From Iphione sp. A-MEVVRFRX5 (lineage: Eukaryota), in NCBI GenBank assembly GCA_976226885.1, contig OZ320316.1:117304001-117368000 (forward strand): DNA of 64,000 bases, written 5' to 3'. Below are positions 61,211 to 64,000 of this stretch, in pieces. Below the pieces are notes generated by a model. That model did not search any database and was not told where the DNA came from. It saw nothing but the letters and a program-made list of their open reading frames with translations. Both the position numbers and the translations under genes were made by a program. Each line of letters begins with the position of its first letter. Position 1 is the stretch's first letter.

Positions 61211-63227
61211 TCAGCGGGCGAAGGGCAAGAGAGTCATGTGATCAAACCACGGGAAGGTCGGCCTTAGAGTTACTTCGCGGTCAAATATTCACAGCTAAGT
61301 TAAATAGGCTTAAAAGAAACACTGCCCCGACCTGTCAAGGTCAAAGGTCAAAGTTTTATCTGTAGTGGGGGGAAGTTTATTTTTCCCGTCACAGTCAGAA
61401 TAAACATTGAGAAAAATGATGCCAAGTTGCGAAGAAAAGCACAAAATTGATTTTGGTTTCTTCTTTATCGCAAAGTAGACATTCACAGAATTATTGCTAG
61501 ACACATAAAACTAAGGACAAAAATAATCTAGTCTACAAAATTGGCAAAATGTTATCGCAAAGTTTCTGCAAAAGTAGAAAAGCAAATGTAACGAAATATG
61601 CTTCAACAAAAGTGAATGTTTTTCTTCTAGAGGTCGACATCAAGGTTATGGTTTTCTCTACTCACAGAAAATATAACAACAGACTTCAACTTGTGGACAA
61701 TAGGCATGAAAAATATACATAACCTTCACTGGGTGTATTAATAGGCATAAGTATGACGATATATACGAAAATATAGACAAGACCAGCTTATAATGTCATG
61801 GAGACTGAGAGGAGGTGAATGTAAGGTCAGTTGAAGGTCATCTCGGTCATTCCTGCTCCTTACCTTGCTGCTTTTGGTTAGAACGCCTCAAAAACGTCGG
61901 CTTGTCAAATAGGTTCATAGTATAAACTCCGCACATGAAGATATATCTAAATTCTAGTAAACTATTACGATTTATGGTGATATATCTAGATACAGGGCCT
62001 CCCCAAAATTTCTGTGTACAGATATGTTTCGAAACCTGACAAGAATCTGGGTTGATCAGCTTTTGTTAGGCCTAAAGAGTAAGCTTGTGGCCCGCTTGTC
62101 CAGTAGCATCTAGTCATGCATGCAGGTATCAGCAGCCCTCTGATTGGTTCATCATTCCCTGAGCAGCTCTCACTCGGGGCACTGCCACTAGAGCCTTTCC
62201 TGTAGCAGCAATATCAAATACTGAATACTCGGAATGACTAATCTGTAGTAGTAACAGCTACGCTGTTCTAAGGATGAAGCTGTGTAATTTTAATAACTAA
62301 ATCAAATATGGTGTTCAGTAAAATCTTATGTGCAGTAATAGCACCGTACACTACTTCCAGTAGAACTGACGGCTCGAGCCTTCTCATCATTACTAACTCG
62401 CAGTAGAAGCGCTGGTCTGTTTGATCAGTGCTGATGAATACGGATAGTCAACCTGCACTAGTAGCATCTACAGGTAATCGTTGTGTTCTACAGTGAGACC
62501 TCCTTCTTCAGCCACTACTGGGGCATGGCCGAATACCACATTCTACCAAGGTATTCCTTCCCCGTAATAGATGTATTTATTGGTTCTAAAACAGAGATTC
62601 CCCTGAGAGTTTCATGTCATGTCCTTGTAATTGGTGTATTCTATCAAAGCGATGAAAAACAACTCCATCTACAGTAGACAGAGAGAACTACGAAAGGGAA
62701 AGTGACAAAAACGAGTGGCCCAGTCTTCATTGGTGTCACATGACACAAGCAAGAGCCAGCGATTGGTTAAAACACATAGAAAATAAACCACGTGACGAAC
62801 ACGTGTTACCTTTGGAAGTAAAGCACGCAATAAACAATCTTATCGTAGTCAGACTGGCGCCTGCCCTCGGCCAGCCTCCATTAGGGAAGGGTCAGTATAT
62901 GGGTTACATATAGGGGCCTCAAAGGGAAGCTGTGCCACCTTGCAGGAGTGGAGGTTGTAAGCGAGGGGGGAGGGATCAGCGGCAAATTCATTCGATAAAA
63001 ACCGTCAAAGTTAAACCATGAAAAAAGATACATGCGCAAAAGACTTCTTCAGTGCTTCTCCTTTCAAAAATAGATAATTAGGTCACCTTTCAGCAGTTAA
63101 ATTAGTCGGCGATGGTTTAACCAGGCATTGTTAACATTATCTACGGAGTCCAGAAACTCTCATCAATGATATAATTCTACTTAAAACACCCCCCACACGC
63201 TACTCGGTGAGGGGACGGGCTACCTAC

Positions 63228-63440
63228 CCTATTGGTAAGTTCTCCGACCATTCCATTCCATGTGCCGTCCTGTTTCTTTTCGCCATATTTTCCATCTCCG
63301 ACAAGTCTTAGTATGTAATCAAAGCCCACAATGTTCGCCAGCTTCCTTGCCACGTCGGCACAGTAGCCCTCATAGCGCTCGTTGCCGATAAGGGGCGTGC
63401 CGTCATCCGGCTTCTTCTTCTGCATCAGGTACGGTGCAGA
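63228..63440 (-). CDS. GRIA-like: AMPA-type iGluR gene B, S1 exon (SAPYLMQ...ERYEGYCADVA...GDGKYG...GTWNGMVGELTNR)
   Basis: TTGCCTGCAG acceptor, AGG|GTAGG donor, 213 nt phase 0-0; YEGYC.D, DGKYG, WNGMVGEL motifs. Confidence 0.95.
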
Positions 63441-64000
63441 CTGCAGGCAAGAGGCAACACATGGAGAGACACATGAACACGATGTCATGCCTGCATCAGG
63501 TACGGTGCAGACTGCAGGCAAGATGCAATACATGGGAAGACACATGAACACGATGTCATGCCTGCATCAGGTACGGTGCAGACTGCAGGCAAGATGTAAC
63601 ACATGAAGAGACACATGAACATGATGTCATGCCTGCATCAGGTATAGTGCAGACTGCAGGCAAGAAGGATGCAACACATGGAGAGACACATGAACAAGAT
63701 GTCATGCCTGCATCAGGTACGGTGCAGACTGCAGGCAAGAAGGATGCAACACATGGGAAGACACATGAACACGATGTCATGGTGCATCAGGTATGGTGCA
63801 GACTGCAGGTAAGATGCAATACATGGGAAGACACATGAACACGATGTCATGGTGCATCAGGTATGGTGCAGACTGCAGGCAAGAAGGATGCAACACATGG
63901 GAAGACACATGAACAAGATGTCATGCCTGCATCAGGTACGGTGCAGACTGCAGGCAAGAAGGATGCAACACATGGGAAGACACATGAACACGATGTCATG
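63420..64000. repeat. 71-75-bp minisatellite containing the S1-exon acceptor plus 21 nt of exon; runs off the window
   Basis: TGCATCAGGTA.GGTGCAGACTGCAGG at 63421, 63492, 63563, 63634, 63709, 63783, 63853, 63928. Confidence 0.97.

Overview
Eukaryotic genomic DNA from an invertebrate, probably a lophotrochozoan (inferred from repeat style and protein divergence; not assignable to a species). It carries two head-to-tail, minus-strand AMPA-type ionotropic glutamate receptor genes. Gene A (here 'GluA-L') shows its 5' half: 9 coding exons, 21497 down to 3011, 437 codons from signal peptide to the end of the ATD, continuing off the left edge. Gene B ('GluA-R') shows its 3' half: S1 to C-terminus, exons 63440 down to 44475, with its start off the right edge. 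All exon phases join into open frames. Between them lies an apparently intact, intron-containing Crypton-type tyrosine-recombinase element (about 25145-28213, 592-aa spliced ORF). Its ends are TTAA-bounded inverted repeats plus a long terminal hairpin, and it has a tRNA-like Pol III cassette near its 3' end. A non-autonomous element with the same architecture is inserted without a target-site duplication in intron 3 of gene A (11545-12680). Many exons have an exon-specific minisatellite right next to a splice site. Three arrays actually copy the splice site plus about 20-27 nt of exon, creating runs of decoy donors or acceptors. The rest is MITEs, micro/minisatellites and a 245-N gap. Most long ORFs in the supplied track are repeat artefacts. 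All calls are by-eye; no searches or folding were run.
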